Of a DNA stretch of 64,000 nucleotides, positions 1 to 11,465 are shown piece by piece (the stretch's first letter is position 1; each line of letters starts with the position of its first letter). The stretch comes from an uncultured Alphaproteobacteria bacterium (GTDB taxonomy: Bacteria > Pseudomonadota > Alphaproteobacteria > Rhizobiales > Devosiaceae): contig CAWCMZ010000002.1 in NCBI GenBank assembly GCA_963796775.1, positions 368,066-432,065 of the forward strand, in the 5' to 3' direction. The notes beneath the pieces are model-generated. The model did no database searches. It saw only the letters and a program-made list of their open reading frames with translations, and was not told where the DNA came from. Both the position numbers and the translations under genes were made by a program.

Positions 1-1954
1 TCGAGGTGAGACGTGCGACCTGTCGAGTTGTCGACTTGAGCGGCACCGGCATGCTCGCCGCGGTCTTGCTCTCATACGCGACACGGAACTGCGACACGAT
101 GCGGTCGAGTTCGCCCGCCTGGGTCTCTGTCTGCTCGATGGCGGCGTTCGTCTCTTCGACCAGCGCAGCATTGTGCTGGGTCATCTCGTCCATCTGGCGA
201 ACCGCGACGTTGATCTCGGCAATCGCACTCGCCTGCTCGCCACTGGCCCGGGCAATTGCCCTCATCGACTCGGCGCCCTCGCGCACCAGCACGAGCATCT
301 CGCCGAGCTTTCGTGCGGCGTCGTCGACGAGCTTGGAGCCGTTGTCGACCTCGCGACCACTCTGGTCGATCAGGGCCTTCACCTCGGAGGATGCGTTGGC
401 GGCGCTCTGAGCAAGGCGACGGACTTCCACCGCCACAACCGCAAAGCCCTTGCCGGCTTCGCCTGCCCTGGCCGCTTCGACCGACGCATTGAGCGCCAGC
501 AGGTTGGTCTGGAAGGCGATGTCGTCGATGATCCCGATGATGTTGGAGATCTTGGCCGACGAGCTGGAAATGCGTTCCATGGCGGCCGTTGCATCGCGCA
601 TGACGACCCCGCCAGCTTCCGCCGTCTGCGAAGCGACGAGGCGCCTTCTGGCTAGCCGTCTCAGCGTTCCTGGCGCTCGTGGTCACCGTGCTGGACAGCT
701 GCTCCATGGCCGCCGAGGTTTCTTCGATCGTCGCGGCCTGCTTGGTCGTCCGTTCGCTGAGATCGTTGGCGCCTGCCAGGATTTCGCCCGTTGCCAGCTT
801 CAACCCTCCCGAGGTCGAGCGGAGCTTGCCAACCACTTCGGTCAGGTTGTCGGCGACGGCGTTCACGTCGTCCCGCAGGCGGGCGAAGGCCCCCTGGTAT
901 TCGCCCGTCATGCGTGGGGTGAGGTCGGTGCGAGCGAGGTGCGACAGCACGTGCTCGGTTTCGTTGAGGCCACTCTCGACCGTCTCGACGAGCGTGTTCA
1001 CGCTGCCGGCAAGAGCATTGAGTTCCTCGTCGTCGAAGGTCGCGGCAACACGCAGACGAGAAGTTGCCGGCAACTGAGGCATCGACAACGCTGCCGAAGG
1101 CGGCACGAAGTTCACGCATCATGGCTTCGACGAGCTTCCAGATTGGCGAGACGAGTTGCCTTCTCGGCTTCGGTCATCTCGCGCATTTTGAGGCCGTTCT
1201 GACGGAAGACTTCAGCGGCCTTGGCGATCTTGCCGATCTCATCCCTGCGACCGGCGAAAGGCACTACGTTATCGAGATCGCCGGCAGCCAGGGCCTCGAG
1301 CGTCCGTTGCATGATTGACAGACGACCCGATACGCTGCGGATAATCGCGTAGCCGCTTGTGATCATCGAAACGAGGGCTAAACCGGCCATTGCCACCTGC
1401 GCCCAGAGGAGCTGCTGCGCGAGAATGCCGGCGCTGGCCCGGTCGTCTTCCGCGCCCACCCCCTGCAGATCGATGAGACTGCTGATCGCTCCGGTGATAG
1501 GGTCGATGGCTTGGTAAAGCTGAGTGTCGATAAAGGTGACGAGGCCATCGGCATCGCGACGTGCGATAATGCCTCCAAGCGCGTCAATAGCCGGTGTGGC
1601 ATTGGCCATGGTCGCCTGGACAGTCTCGGCGAGAGCGGCTTCTTCAGGCGCGAAGCCGGCGCCGGCAAAGGCCTTCCAAGCAGCTTCGAGCTTGGTGCGA
1701 GCATCTGCGATCGATGCAGCGCCTGCGTCCCAAGTTAGCAAGCCACTGCGCACCTTGTGCGAGGTATCGACGATCGAAACGGCATAGGCATCCGAGACGA
1801 TCTTCAGGTTCTCTCCAGTGACCACGTGGTCATCGACCAGATTTTCGACCCGTCCGTAAATCGCCTGGGTCCCGTAGAGCCCCAGGGCGATCAGGACCGC
1901 GATAATGGCCGACATGGATGCAATTGCAATTAGCAGTCGTGTTCTGATGGACAT
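1..1954 (-). CDS. Methyl-accepting chemotaxis protein (periplasmic 4-helix sensor, HAMP, MCP signalling domain); frameshifted, 3' end runs off window
   Basis: ORFs 1112-1966 and 72-1115 plus shifted frames give two TM segments, HAMP ([11 protein letters not shown]) and signalling motifs [56 protein letters not shown]; ATG at 1954. Confidence 0.9.
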
Positions 1955-2233
1955 GACATTCCCCAATAGTTGTCCGACGGCAGCCTCCTAGCTTGAGGAG
2001 CGGCCGTTGCTGGATCGGTTTCGGTGGCGCCTCTCTAAGGGCGTCCGGTTCCCGGTCGATTTCCAGCATTGAGGATATTAAATGCGAGTCGTGAATATAA
2101 TCTTTGCACTAAGTTTATCACGTGGAATAGGAACTTTGCTCTATGACGACGTGCTGATGGATCGATATTTGTCCGATAATGATCGGTTCGATGCGTTAAG
2201 TGAAAGCCCCGGTTCGGCTCGAAATTTGAGCTG

Positions 2234-2482
2234 ATGACAAGGATCCTCGCGGTTCGGGCGCGCGAACTCGGAGGCGACAAGATTCCCTTCGTCGTGATGC
2301 TGGCTGCGCTTACCGACAGGCTTTTGGAGCTCAGCCGGCAGATGACTGAACTCTGATCCTTGGTTGACGAGGGCGACATCCGCCTCGTGGCACTCGCGTA
2401 GGCGACCGATAAGGTCACGGACGGAGTCACATCTCTGCTCGACACGATCGAGTTCGAGCTCGATACTAGGGGGCCGGGCTAG
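2234..2482 (+). pseudogene. Decayed small helical-protein ORF with two internal stops
   Basis: ATG 2234 reads as a plausible amphipathic protein through TGA (2354) and TAG (2399) to TAG at 2480-2482. Confidence 0.3.
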
Positions 2483-2615
2483 GGGCCTCGTTGGACGCTG
2501 CCGGAGCCTTGTCCTTAAGGAAAATCCTTTCGTCTTGTAGTGGGCCCCGCTCGTCGGTCGCCGAGCACTATCGCGCGCGGCCGCTTCTCCAAGCCCAGGC
2601 TGAGAAGGTGCAAAA

Positions 2616-3044
2616 TCAAAACTCGCTCCAGCCCCATCCGCTTTGATGGCGGCGTTGCCGTTCGCCCGGTAGGACGGAGCCGCCGACTTCATGCCTAGAC
2701 GAGCGGCAGGCATACCAGCGGCAGATCGTTGGCTACCCCCTTGCTTGCGTAGCGGTTGGTCAACGACCGAAAGCACAAACACATCGACGATCTAAGTCGA
2801 GTTCGTTCGCCTGTCCCTCGGTCTGTTCGATAGCGGCATTCGTTTCTTCGACGAGAGCGGCATTGTGCTGCGTCATGTCGTCCATTTGCCTGATGGCTGT
2901 GGTCACTTCGCCTATTGCATTTGACTGTTCATGGCTCGCCTGGGCGATGCCGTTGATCAGGTCGGTATTCTCCCTTACCCCAAGCAAAATCGTTGCAAGG
3001 TTGTCGGCGGCCTCGGCGATCAACTTCGAGCCCACACTCACCTT
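2616..3044 (-). pseudogene. 3' remnant of a second MCP gene ending in a WSEF tether motif
   Basis: VSVGSKL...[25 protein letters not shown]...NGNAAIKAD then (shifted) TGG AGC GAG TTT TGA; no N-terminal part present. Confidence 0.85.
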
Positions 3045-3166
3045 CCGGCACCGAGCTCTACTTCGTCACGTTCCACCAAGTCGCCCAGCCGCGTAAGGAG
3101 CGGCAAGTTGCGATAGTCCTTCGCGAGGTCGAGCCACACGCTCGTATCGATGAGAAGTTTGAGCAT
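3041..3166 (-). pseudogene. 5' fragment of a PIN-domain (DUF4935-like) protein gene
   Basis: RBS AGAGGA then MLKLLIDTSVWLDLAKDYRNLPLLTRLGDLVERDEVEL; xIDTxV is the first PIN strand; ends abruptly at the MCP fragment. Confidence 0.65.
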
Positions 3167-3180
3167 CGGGTTCCTCTTGC

Positions 3181-5020
3181 CTAGGTGAGGGATTCAAGGC
3201 GCTCTTTCACGAGCACGCGCATGGCCGCAGCGGCTTCCCAGGCGGGCGAATCCGGCTCCACCAGCGGCACAGGGCCCAAGCCGTCGAGCGCCCGGGCGAG
3301 TGCGGATGCCAGTTCATCAATCGCTGCGTCCGCGTCGGCGGCCCTGAGACCGGCGGTCGCGGCGAGCGCCTTGAAATCGGCGCGGCGGAGGCGGTCATCC
3401 TTGCCGTTGAGCTTCAGGGCCATGCGGTCGCGCGCAAGGCGCGGGAAGACGCGGGTGGTCACAGCGTCGTAGAGCGGCGCAACGCGCACGCTCGCGAATG
3501 TGTCGCTGCCGGACTCCGCGATCTTCAGGAGGGCCAGGTTCTTGAGATGCATGTCGCCGTCGGCAATCAGCCAGGCGAACAGCGCGCGCCTGAGGATGAG
3601 GAGCAGGTCGGCCTCGGGATCTGTCGAAAGGGGCCGCACGGCGCGGGCGACGCGCTCGATCGTGCCGTCATACTTTGCGGCGGTCGGCACCCCCAGAACC
3701 GACGCGAAATCCTCAAGCGCGAGGAACCGCGTATCGTTGTCGCCCCGGCGGATATCGAAGCGCTCGACCAGCAAGGCGGGCGGCATGCCGTCGGGCATGG
3801 CGACGAGCGCCATGGCGGGCGCGCTCAAAGCCCGCCGCCGCGCCGAGCGTCAGCGCCTGCCACTCGATGACGGGCAGCATGTCAAATCCGGAGGTGCCGG
3901 CAGGCTTGAGGATATGCGTGAAGGGACGGCCTTCGCTCGGTATGAGCGCGCCGTCGCTCGCGAGAAACATGGGCGCCTTGATCTGTATCCCGGAGAGGCG
4001 CGGGGTATCGCTGCTGGCAAAGATCGCGGCGAGGTTGGCTTCGAAGCTTTCCTCGATGGCGCTGCGACCGGGTCCTTCATAGCGGCCGGTGAACACGCCC
4101 GCGCTCGTATAGGCGGACAGGCGCGTACTGAGAATGTCAGCGGGCAGGGACGCAAGTTCCTGTTGCGTCTCGGCGATCGTGATGTTCGACATGTAGCGCC
4201 GGCCCGCGCGCAGCTGGGCGCGCTCGTCGCGCTCGCCGAGAACAGATTCCAGCCAGCCCTCCGGCAGGAGGGAGACGATGAAGGGCGGCAGCTGGCCGGG
4301 CACAGTCTGGCGTACAAGCGGCGGGCCCTTTTGGTCGGACGGTTTCCAGCGCCATTCGAAGCCGTCGTGGGTGAGATTGCCGATCGGTTTCTGATGCCAG
4401 GCGACGATCAGGTCCAGCGCGGCTTCGTTCCGCGCGGGTGCGGCAGCAGGGCGGCGGAGGAGGAGGCGCTCGGCCTGTTCGCCTTCGCGGTACCACTCAT
4501 TCTCGCGGGCGAGCGTCCACACCGCGTCGGCGGCTTTCTGGGCGCTGCCATATTCTTCGATGAGGCGCTGCACGATCGTCTCGCGCATGGCTTCGTCAAG
4601 GGACTGCGCGTGCTCGCTGCGAATGCGGAAAGCTTCGAGGAAGCGCTGGCGCAATGCGGAGACGGTGACGGTGAACTCACCCATCCCGTCATCGACGACG
4701 GCGGAGGCCACGGAGGGGTGCGCCGGCGCCGCGTTCTGTATGATCTCGAGGGCACGCAGCCGCGTACGCTGAATCCGGCGACCGCTGATGAACAGGCGAC
4801 CGTCGCGGGTCGGCCCGAGCAGGACGGCGGTGGCGGCAGACAGGTAAGCCTGCGGATAGAGGTAGCGCGCGATCCGGACCGCATGCTTCATCGCCATCGC
4901 GTCGACATCATCGCCCGCATCGACGTAAACGCCCCGCATCAGCTTGACGAGCTTTCCGGTCTCGGCCTGGTAGTGGCTGCGGGTCTTGTCTATGTTCTCG
5001 CCGACGAGGAAAAGGGCCAT
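3181..5020 (-). CDS. HipA-family Ser/Thr kinase toxin with long N-terminal AbiEi-like extension (about 610 aa; one frameshift near 3826)
   Basis: HipA motifs PRLSGIQIK, HILKP, VERFD, LEDF, DGDMHLKN, APLYD; HipA N-coupling region (PPFIVSLLPEGWL); N-terminal GKLVKLMRGVYV. Confidence 0.88.
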
Positions 5021-5024
5021 AAGT

Positions 5025-5110
5025 CTAACTTTCGCGTATATCAGATGCGAGAAAGTTAGGTTATTGGGGCTCAAATGTCAACTTTCGCGTGTTTGACATA
5101 CGGGAAAGTT
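5025..5110 (-). promoter_or_regulatory. Sigma70 promoter of the hipA-like gene overlapped by two inverted-repeat operators
   Basis: Minus strand TTGACA(5081-5076)-N17-TAACTT(5058-5053); AACTTTC-N17-GAAAGTT at 5027-5057 and 5080-5110. Confidence 0.75.
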
Positions 5111-5391
5111 AGAAAGTGCGGCATCAGATCCGGCGTGAAAGCTGAGCGGGAAAGGGACGCACGAACTCTGCCAGTTCGACATGGTGACCTCATAGGGGGG
5201 GCCGCCCTTTCGTGTTGGAAGCTTTTTTGCGTGTCGGCCGGTACCCACTTGCCAACGCCAACCTTCCGTGCGACCAATTCTACCAAGAAAAGCTTTTCCG
5301 CACCTTGCAGGATTTGGCAGAAAAGCTTTTCTGAGACGCCGGGAGGAGCCCGTTGGGTCCGGTGTTAAGGGGAAATCATTGGGAGGAATTC

Positions 5392-6637
5392 ATGAATTTG
5401 CCACTTCTGGGCAAGCTGACGCTTGCTCTCACCTTGACTGCCGCCAGCGTCCTACCGGCTTCTGCCGCGACGCTGTCGATCTGGGCCCGCGCGTCGAGTT
5501 CGGCCGCCGCCCAGCACATGGTCGACCTGTGGAACTCGAGCCATCAGGATCAACTCGAACTCACGACCATCCCCGACAATCAGATGGTCACCAAGCTGGC
5601 CACCAGCGTGCAGTCCGGCGACGTGCCCGATCTCATCTCGTTCGATCTGATCTTCATGCCCGATTTCATGAAGGCGGGGTTCTTGACCGACCTCACCGAC
5701 ACGCTTGGAGCGAATCCGAACCAGACAAAGGTGGCAAAGGCCTTCCGTGACCTCGCGACCTATGACGGCAAGCTCTATGGCACTGGCTTTACCCCCGACG
5801 TGTCGATACTTCTCTACAACAAGGGGCTGTTCAAGAAGGCCGGACTCGATCCGGAAAAGCCGCCGACCACGATCGGTGAGATCGAGGCGTACGCCAAGAA
5901 GATCCACGAGTCCGATCCCAGCGTTTATGGCTACTACTTCTCGGGCTCGTGCGGTGGGTGCAACATCTTCACGCAGGCGCCGATGATGTGGGGCTCGGGT
6001 GCGACGCTGCTGCCCACCTCGGGTGATGCGCCCGCGATGGAAGGGACCGGCGTCAAGGAAGTCTTGACGATGCTGCGCAATCTGTGGACGGCGGGCGCCA
6101 TCCCAGAAAGCGCCGAGGGCGACAACGGCTCGAACTTTCAGGCAACCTTCGAAACCGGCGTAATCGGCATGCAGGGCTCAGGTGGCTTCGCGATCGCATC
6201 GCTCAAGGCAAACCATCCGGAAATCGACTTCGGCATTGCGCCGCTTCCAGGCGTGAAAGATGGCGACCAGTCGTCGTTCGTGGGCGGCGACGTCATTGCC
6301 GTCCCCAAGGGTGCGAAGAACGCCGACCTGGCGATCAAGCTTCATCGAATGGGAACTGACCGACGAGGCCCAGCTCGAAGGACTCGCCAAGAACCTGATC
6401 CTGCCGGTTCGCTCGGATCTGGCGGACAACAAGTACTTCCAGGAAGAGCCGCGCTACATCACGACCGCAAAGGCCGTCGGAATCGGCCAGACTCCCTATG
6501 CCTTCCACTTCAACGATATGGTCAATGCCGATCAGAGTCCGTGGCTGACCATGCTGCAGACCGCGGTCTTCGATGGCGACATCGATGGCGCGATTGCCAG
6601 CGCGGCCGAGACCATGAAGGGTATCGCCGCACAATAG
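5392..6637 (+). CDS. Sugar ABC transporter substrate-binding protein (CUT1); frameshift near 6340
   Basis: Signal peptide, GDVPDLI, LLYNKGLFKKAGLDPEKPPTT; C-terminus in ORF 6260-6637. Confidence 0.9.
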
Positions 6638-6690
6638 GGTCCTCCCGGGCCTTGCTGCGGCGGGCAACCGCCGCAGCGCCGTGAGGGAGA

Positions 6691-7584
6691 ATGGAGGCGC
6701 GAAACTTGCAAAATACTCAGTCCCGCTCGCAGGGCTTGCTCTACGTCGCGCCGGCGCTGCTGTTTGTCGGCGTATTCGTGCTCTGGCCGTTGATGCAGCT
6801 CGTCTATCTGTCGCTGACCGACACGTCCCTGCTCGGCGGTGGCAAGTTCATCGGTCTCGCCAACTACCTCGCCGCCTTCAAGGATCGGCAGTTCTGGGTC
6901 GCACTCGGATTTACGGCGCGCTACACCGTCTTCATCACGCCCATCCTGATGGGACTTGGGGTTTGCGCTGGCGCTGCTGGTGTCGCCGAACCGGCCGCTG
7001 TTGCAGGTGACGCGAGCGGTGATCTTCCTGCCCGTGGTGATCGGCCTCGGTTCATCAAGCCTGCTCTGGTTCTGGCTGTTCGACCAGCAGGTGGGACCGT
7101 TCAACAAAATTCTCGTCGACCTGCATGTTCTTGCCGAACCGGCCGTGTGGTTCACGCGCGTCGACATGGCGCTTGTCGCCGTCACCATTTCGGTCACCTG
7201 GAAGGTCGATCGGGTTCGGGATGATCCTGTTCATCGCAGGCATTCAGTCGATCAATGGCGAGATCATCGAGGCAGCGACGATCGACGGCGCCACGCTACT
7301 GGCAGCGCGTCTGGCTCATCATCCTGCCGCTGAGCCTGCGGGTGATCCTGCTGACCACGCTGATCTCGGTGATCGGATCGCTGCTTGCCTTCGACCAGTT
7401 CTACATCATGACGGGCGGCAACCCGCGGGGCCAGACGTTCACGTCGGTCTACTGGATCTACCAGAACTCCTTCATCTCCTTCAAACTGGGCTACGGCGCG
7501 GCACTGTCGATCATTCTCATGGTGATCATCTTTGTCCTGTCGAGCATCCAGATATTCCTGACCAACAGGAGCCCCGAGCAGTGA
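6691..7584 (+). CDS. Sugar ABC transporter permease; several frameshifts
   Basis: FIGLANY, EAA loop EAATIDGA, FDQFYIMTGGNP across ORFs 6691, 6956, 7125 and 7255. Confidence 0.88.
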
Positions 7585-8481
7585 CAATCCTGACCGAAAA
7601 CGCCGCTGTCGCGCGCCATGATGTCGCCGCCTCGCGGCCGGTCGGCGAGAGCTCGGCTACACGCTATCTTGTCGCCGCCATCTGCGTGCTGTTGATCATG
7701 TTGATGCTGGCGCCCGTGGTGCTGTCGTTCCTCGCGTCGATCAAGACGCAGGCCGAGGCACGGGCGACGCCGCCCACCTACCTGCCGCAGGCGCTGAGCC
7801 TTGAGAACTATATCAAGGTCTTCGAATATCAGGCGGGCATCTGGACCTACATGTCCAACTCACTGTTCGTGGCGTTCCTCACGATCGTCATCTGCCTCGC
7901 GCTTTCGATACCGGCCGGATATGGGTTGGCGCGGCTACAAGATCCCGTTCAAGGAAGTCTGGTTCGTCATCCTGCTGGCGCCGCTGATGATCCCCTATCA
8001 GGCGTTGCTCACGCCGCTCTACCTGACCTTCGCCAAGATCGGCCTCGCCAACAGCCATTTCGGCCTAGCGATCGTTCATGCGATCTTGCAACTGCCATTC
8101 TCGATTTACCTGATGCGCAACAGCTTCGAGGCCATCCCCAGGGAGCTGGAAGAGGCGGCGAAAGTCGATGGGAGTTCGTCGTTTCAGACGCTTGATGAGC
8201 ATATTTGTGCCGCTGGCAATTCCCGGGCGCCGTCACCGTCACCCTGTTTGCGTTCATTGCGAGCTGGAACGAGTTTCTTTCGGCCCTCATCTTCATGAGC
8301 AAGGAGTTCGCAGTTCACGGTACCGATCATGCTGGTCAGTGTCCGGGCCGGCAGGCTCGGGGGCGTTGACTGGGGCGCGCTGCAGGCCGGCGTCATGCTA
8401 TCCATCCTTCCGTGCGTGCTGATCTACCTGCTCTTGCAGAAATACTACGTCGCCGGCTTCCTCAATGGGGCGGTCAAGTAA
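7581..8481 (+). CDS. Sugar ABC transporter permease; several frameshifts
   Basis: SLENY, IPRELEEAAKVDG, SWNEF, LQKYYVAGFLNGAVK*. Confidence 0.88.
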
Positions 8482-8485
8482 GCCG

Positions 8486-9540
8486 ATGGCCATGGGTGGC
8501 GATGGACGCATTCCGCGAACCGGTCGACGTGGTGTCACGATCCACGACGTCGCGCGTGCGGCCGAGGTCTCCATTGGGACGGCAAGCAAGGCGCTGAACG
8601 GCGCGGGTCAGCTGCGCGACGAGACCCGCGCCAAGGTGCTTGAGACCGCGCAGCTCACTCGGCTACCGGCCGAATGACCTGGCGCAAAGCCTGCATCGCG
8701 CGCGTTCGATGACGGTGGGGCTGCTCACCAACGACTCCTTCGGCCGGTTCAGCTTCCCCATCGCCGAAGCGCTCGAGCAGCGGCTTGCCGATGAAGGCAT
8801 CGCGGTGTTCATGTGCAACGCGACGGACGATCCCGAGCGCGAGCGGCAACATCTCGAGCAGCTCATGCGCAAGCGCATCGACGGCCTCGTGGTGACTGCC
8901 CGCCGCGCCGACAAACGGCGCCCCGTCGGACCTCTGGCCGGCCTGCCTATCGTCTACGTGTATTCCCAGGCGGACGATCCGGATTCGGTGAGCTTTATCC
9001 CCGACGACGAGGGCGGTGCCCGGCTCGCAGTCGATCATCTCATCGCGCAGGGACGCACGCGAATCGGCCACATCGCCGGGCCGGAGCGGTTCGACGCCGT
9101 TCAGCTGCGCAAGGTCGGGCTACCAGCAGTCTCTGGCCGCCGCCAAAATCGCCTTCGATCCTGCGCTCTATGTCAACGGACCCTGGTCCGAGAGCTGGGG
9201 CCGCGATGCCATTGGTCAGCTGTTCGATCGTAAGGCAGCGCAACCCGACGCGCTGTTCTGCGACAATGACCAGCTTGCCCGTGGTGCGGCCGAAGCGTTG
9301 CGCGATCGCGGCATCGTGGTCCCTGCGGACGTCGCGATTGTCGGGTTCGACAACTGGGAGGTCATGACCGACGCAGCACGTCCGCAGCTGACCAGCGTCG
9401 ACATGAATCTCAGAACGCTCGGCCGTGAGGCCGGCGAGGCATTGCTCCGGATCATCCAGGGCGAAAAGCTGCGCGGTGTGCGGCGTCTGCCCTGCAGTCT
9501 CGTGGTGCGAGAATCCTCAGCCGTACCCAAAATCTCTTGA
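8486..9540 (+). CDS. LacI-family transcriptional regulator; two frameshifts
   Basis: VTIHDVARAAEVSIGTASKALNG HTH, GYRPN, VAIVGFDN, LTSVD. Confidence 0.92.
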
Positions 9541-9551
9541 ATGGAGTTGCT

Positions 9552-11459
9552 ATGAGCCAGTACCACCCCGTCCGCTTCGTCGATGTGCGCCTCGAGGGAG
9601 CCTTCTGGAAGGAGCGGCTGGACACAGCTCTGAAGACCACCATTCCGAGCCAGCACAAGAAGCTGGAGGACTATGGCTATCTAGACTCCTTGACCCTGCC
9701 CAAGCCGGTGCCGCCGCTGCGCTTTCCACGGCACGCCAATGGGTTTTCGGTTCAGATCTTCTGGGACTCCGATGTCGGCAAATGGATCGAGTCCGCCAGT
9801 TACGCGCTGTCGCATCGGCGCGATGCGGATATCGAAGCCAAAATCGAAGCGATCATCGACGATTTCGAAAAGGCGCAGGAGCCCGATGGCTATCTCAATT
9901 GCTGGTACCTCGAGCGCGAGCCCGACAACCGGTTCAGCAATCTGCGCGACAACCATGAGCTCTACAACGCCGGACATATGCTTGAAGGCGCCATCGCTTA
10001 TTTCGAGACGACAGGACGGCGGCGCTGGCTCGACATCATGGAGCGCTATGTCGATTTGATCGCCCGCACCTTCGGAACCGGACCGGGCCAGAAGCGAGGG
10101 TATTGTGGCCACCCGGAGATAGAATTGGCGCTGGTCAAGCTCTATCGGCTGACTGGGAACAAGGCGCACCTCGACCTCGCGGCCTATTTCGTCAACGAGC
10201 GCGGCAATCAACACCCGCACTATTTCGACGTAGAGAAGGCCGATCGGGAGAGGCGTGGCATCGATGTGCAGCGCTATGGTTACGCCAACTATGAGTACAG
10301 CCAGTCGCACGCACCTGTGCGCGAACAGACAAAGGTTGTCGGGCACGCTGTGCGGGCGATGTATCTGTATACGGCAATGGCGGACCTGGCAGTCGAGCTC
10401 AACGATGCCGGGTTGCGCAGCGCCTGCGAGACGCTGTGGAATGATGTCATGGACACCAAGATGTATGTGACCGCAGGGCTGGGGCCCTCGGCGCATAATG
10501 AGGGCTTCACGCATGACTATGATCTGCCAAACCAGACCGCCTATGCGGAGACGTGCGCGTCCGTCGCACTGATCTTCTGGGCGCAGCGGATGTTGCATTT
10601 CGATCTCGACGGAAAATATGCCGATATCCTCGAACTTGCTCTGTACAATGGCGCACTGTCGGGACTGAGCCGCGACGGCACGCACTACTTTTATGCCAAT
10701 CCGCTTGAAAGCGACGGCTCGGCGGAGCGCTGGGACTGGCACACATGTCCGTGCTGCACGATGAACGTGAGCCGGCTGGTTGCCTCGGTCGGCGGCTACT
10801 TCGTTTCGACAGCGAGCGATGGAGTGGCATTCCACCTGTATGGCGGCATCTCAACTAGATGCGTGATCGGCGGAACCAACGTCACGCTTCGCGAGACATC
10901 GAACTATCCCTGGTCGGGCGACATTCGCATCGAGGTCTTGCCAGAGGCCGCCGCGACCTTTGACGTGAAGCTGCGCGTGCCGGGCTGGAGCCGGGGCTTC
11001 ACTCTCGCAATCAACGGCGAACCCATCACCACCGAGGCGATCAACGGCTATGTGACGCTCAATCGCGCATGGAAAGCTGGCGATACGATTGCGCTTAACC
11101 TGCCGATGCCGGCTGAGCGGCTTTACGCGCATCCGGGAGTCATCATGGATGCCGGTCGCGTGGCTCTCAAGCGCGGACCGCTGGTCTATTGCATCGAGGA
11201 GGCGGACAATCCCGGTGGCATGGTGCAGCTGCTGAGGCTGCCGCGCGATGCCGAACTCAGGAGCACGACGCGAGCCGATCTGTTCGGCGGTGCCGTCACT
11301 CTGACAGCTCCGGCGCGCGTCATCGAGACCGGAGACTGGCACACGCTTTATCGGACAAGCCCGTCCCCCGAGACCGAGGCCTCGCTTACGGCCTTGCCAT
11401 ATTTCCTCTGGGCCAATCGTGGGCGTGGCTCGATGCTGGTCTGGGTGCCGGAAGGCTGA
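9552..11459 (+). CDS. GH127 beta-L-arabinofuranosidase
   Basis: WDSDVGKWIE, HELYNAGH, GHAVRAMYL, AYAETCAS, CPCC, WANRG motifs. Confidence 0.92.
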   Translation: MSQYHPVRFVDVRLEGAFWKERLDTALKTTIPSQHKKLEDYGYLDSLTLPKPVPPLRFPRHANGFSVQIFWDSDVGKWIESASYALSHRRDADIEAKIEAIIDDFEKAQEPDGYLNCWYLEREPDNRFSNLRDNHELYNAGHMLEGAIAYFETTGRRRWLDIMERYVDLIARTFGTGPGQKRGYCGHPEIELALVKLYRLTGNKAHLDLAAYFVNERGNQHPHYFDVEKADRERRGIDVQRYGYANYEYSQSHAPVREQTKVVGHAVRAMYLYTAMADLAVELNDAGLRSACETLWNDVMDTKMYVTAGLGPSAHNEGFTHDYDLPNQTAYAETCASVALIFWAQRMLHFDLDGKYADILELALYNGALSGLSRDGTHYFYANPLESDGSAERWDWHTCPCCTMNVSRLVASVGGYFVSTASDGVAFHLYGGISTRCVIGGTNVTLRETSNYPWSGDIRIEVLPEAAATFDVKLRVPGWSRGFTLAINGEPITTEAINGYVTLNRAWKAGDTIALNLPMPAERLYAHPGVIMDAGRVALKRGPLVYCIEEADNPGGMVQLLRLPRDAELRSTTRADLFGGAVTLTAPARVIETGDWHTLYRTSPSPETEASLTALPYFLWANRGRGSMLVWVPEG

Positions 11460-11465
11460 GGGCGC

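Noticed and set aside
1970-2075. Hairpin-rich 5' leader of the MCP gene as a possible riboswitch
   Set aside because: A stem-loop is present but I could not match it to any known aptamer consensus
2234-2482. Stop-codon recoding (Sec/Pyl or alternative code)
   Set aside because: TGA and TAG terminate genes normally throughout the window; decay is the simpler explanation
3500-5059. 519-aa plus-strand ORF
   Set aside because: Antisense shadow of the hipA-like gene; no recognisable motifs
2600-5300. Insertion sequence or integrated element around hipA
   Set aside because: No transposase, integrase, terminal inverted repeats or target duplication seen; the repeats at 5025-5110 fit operators
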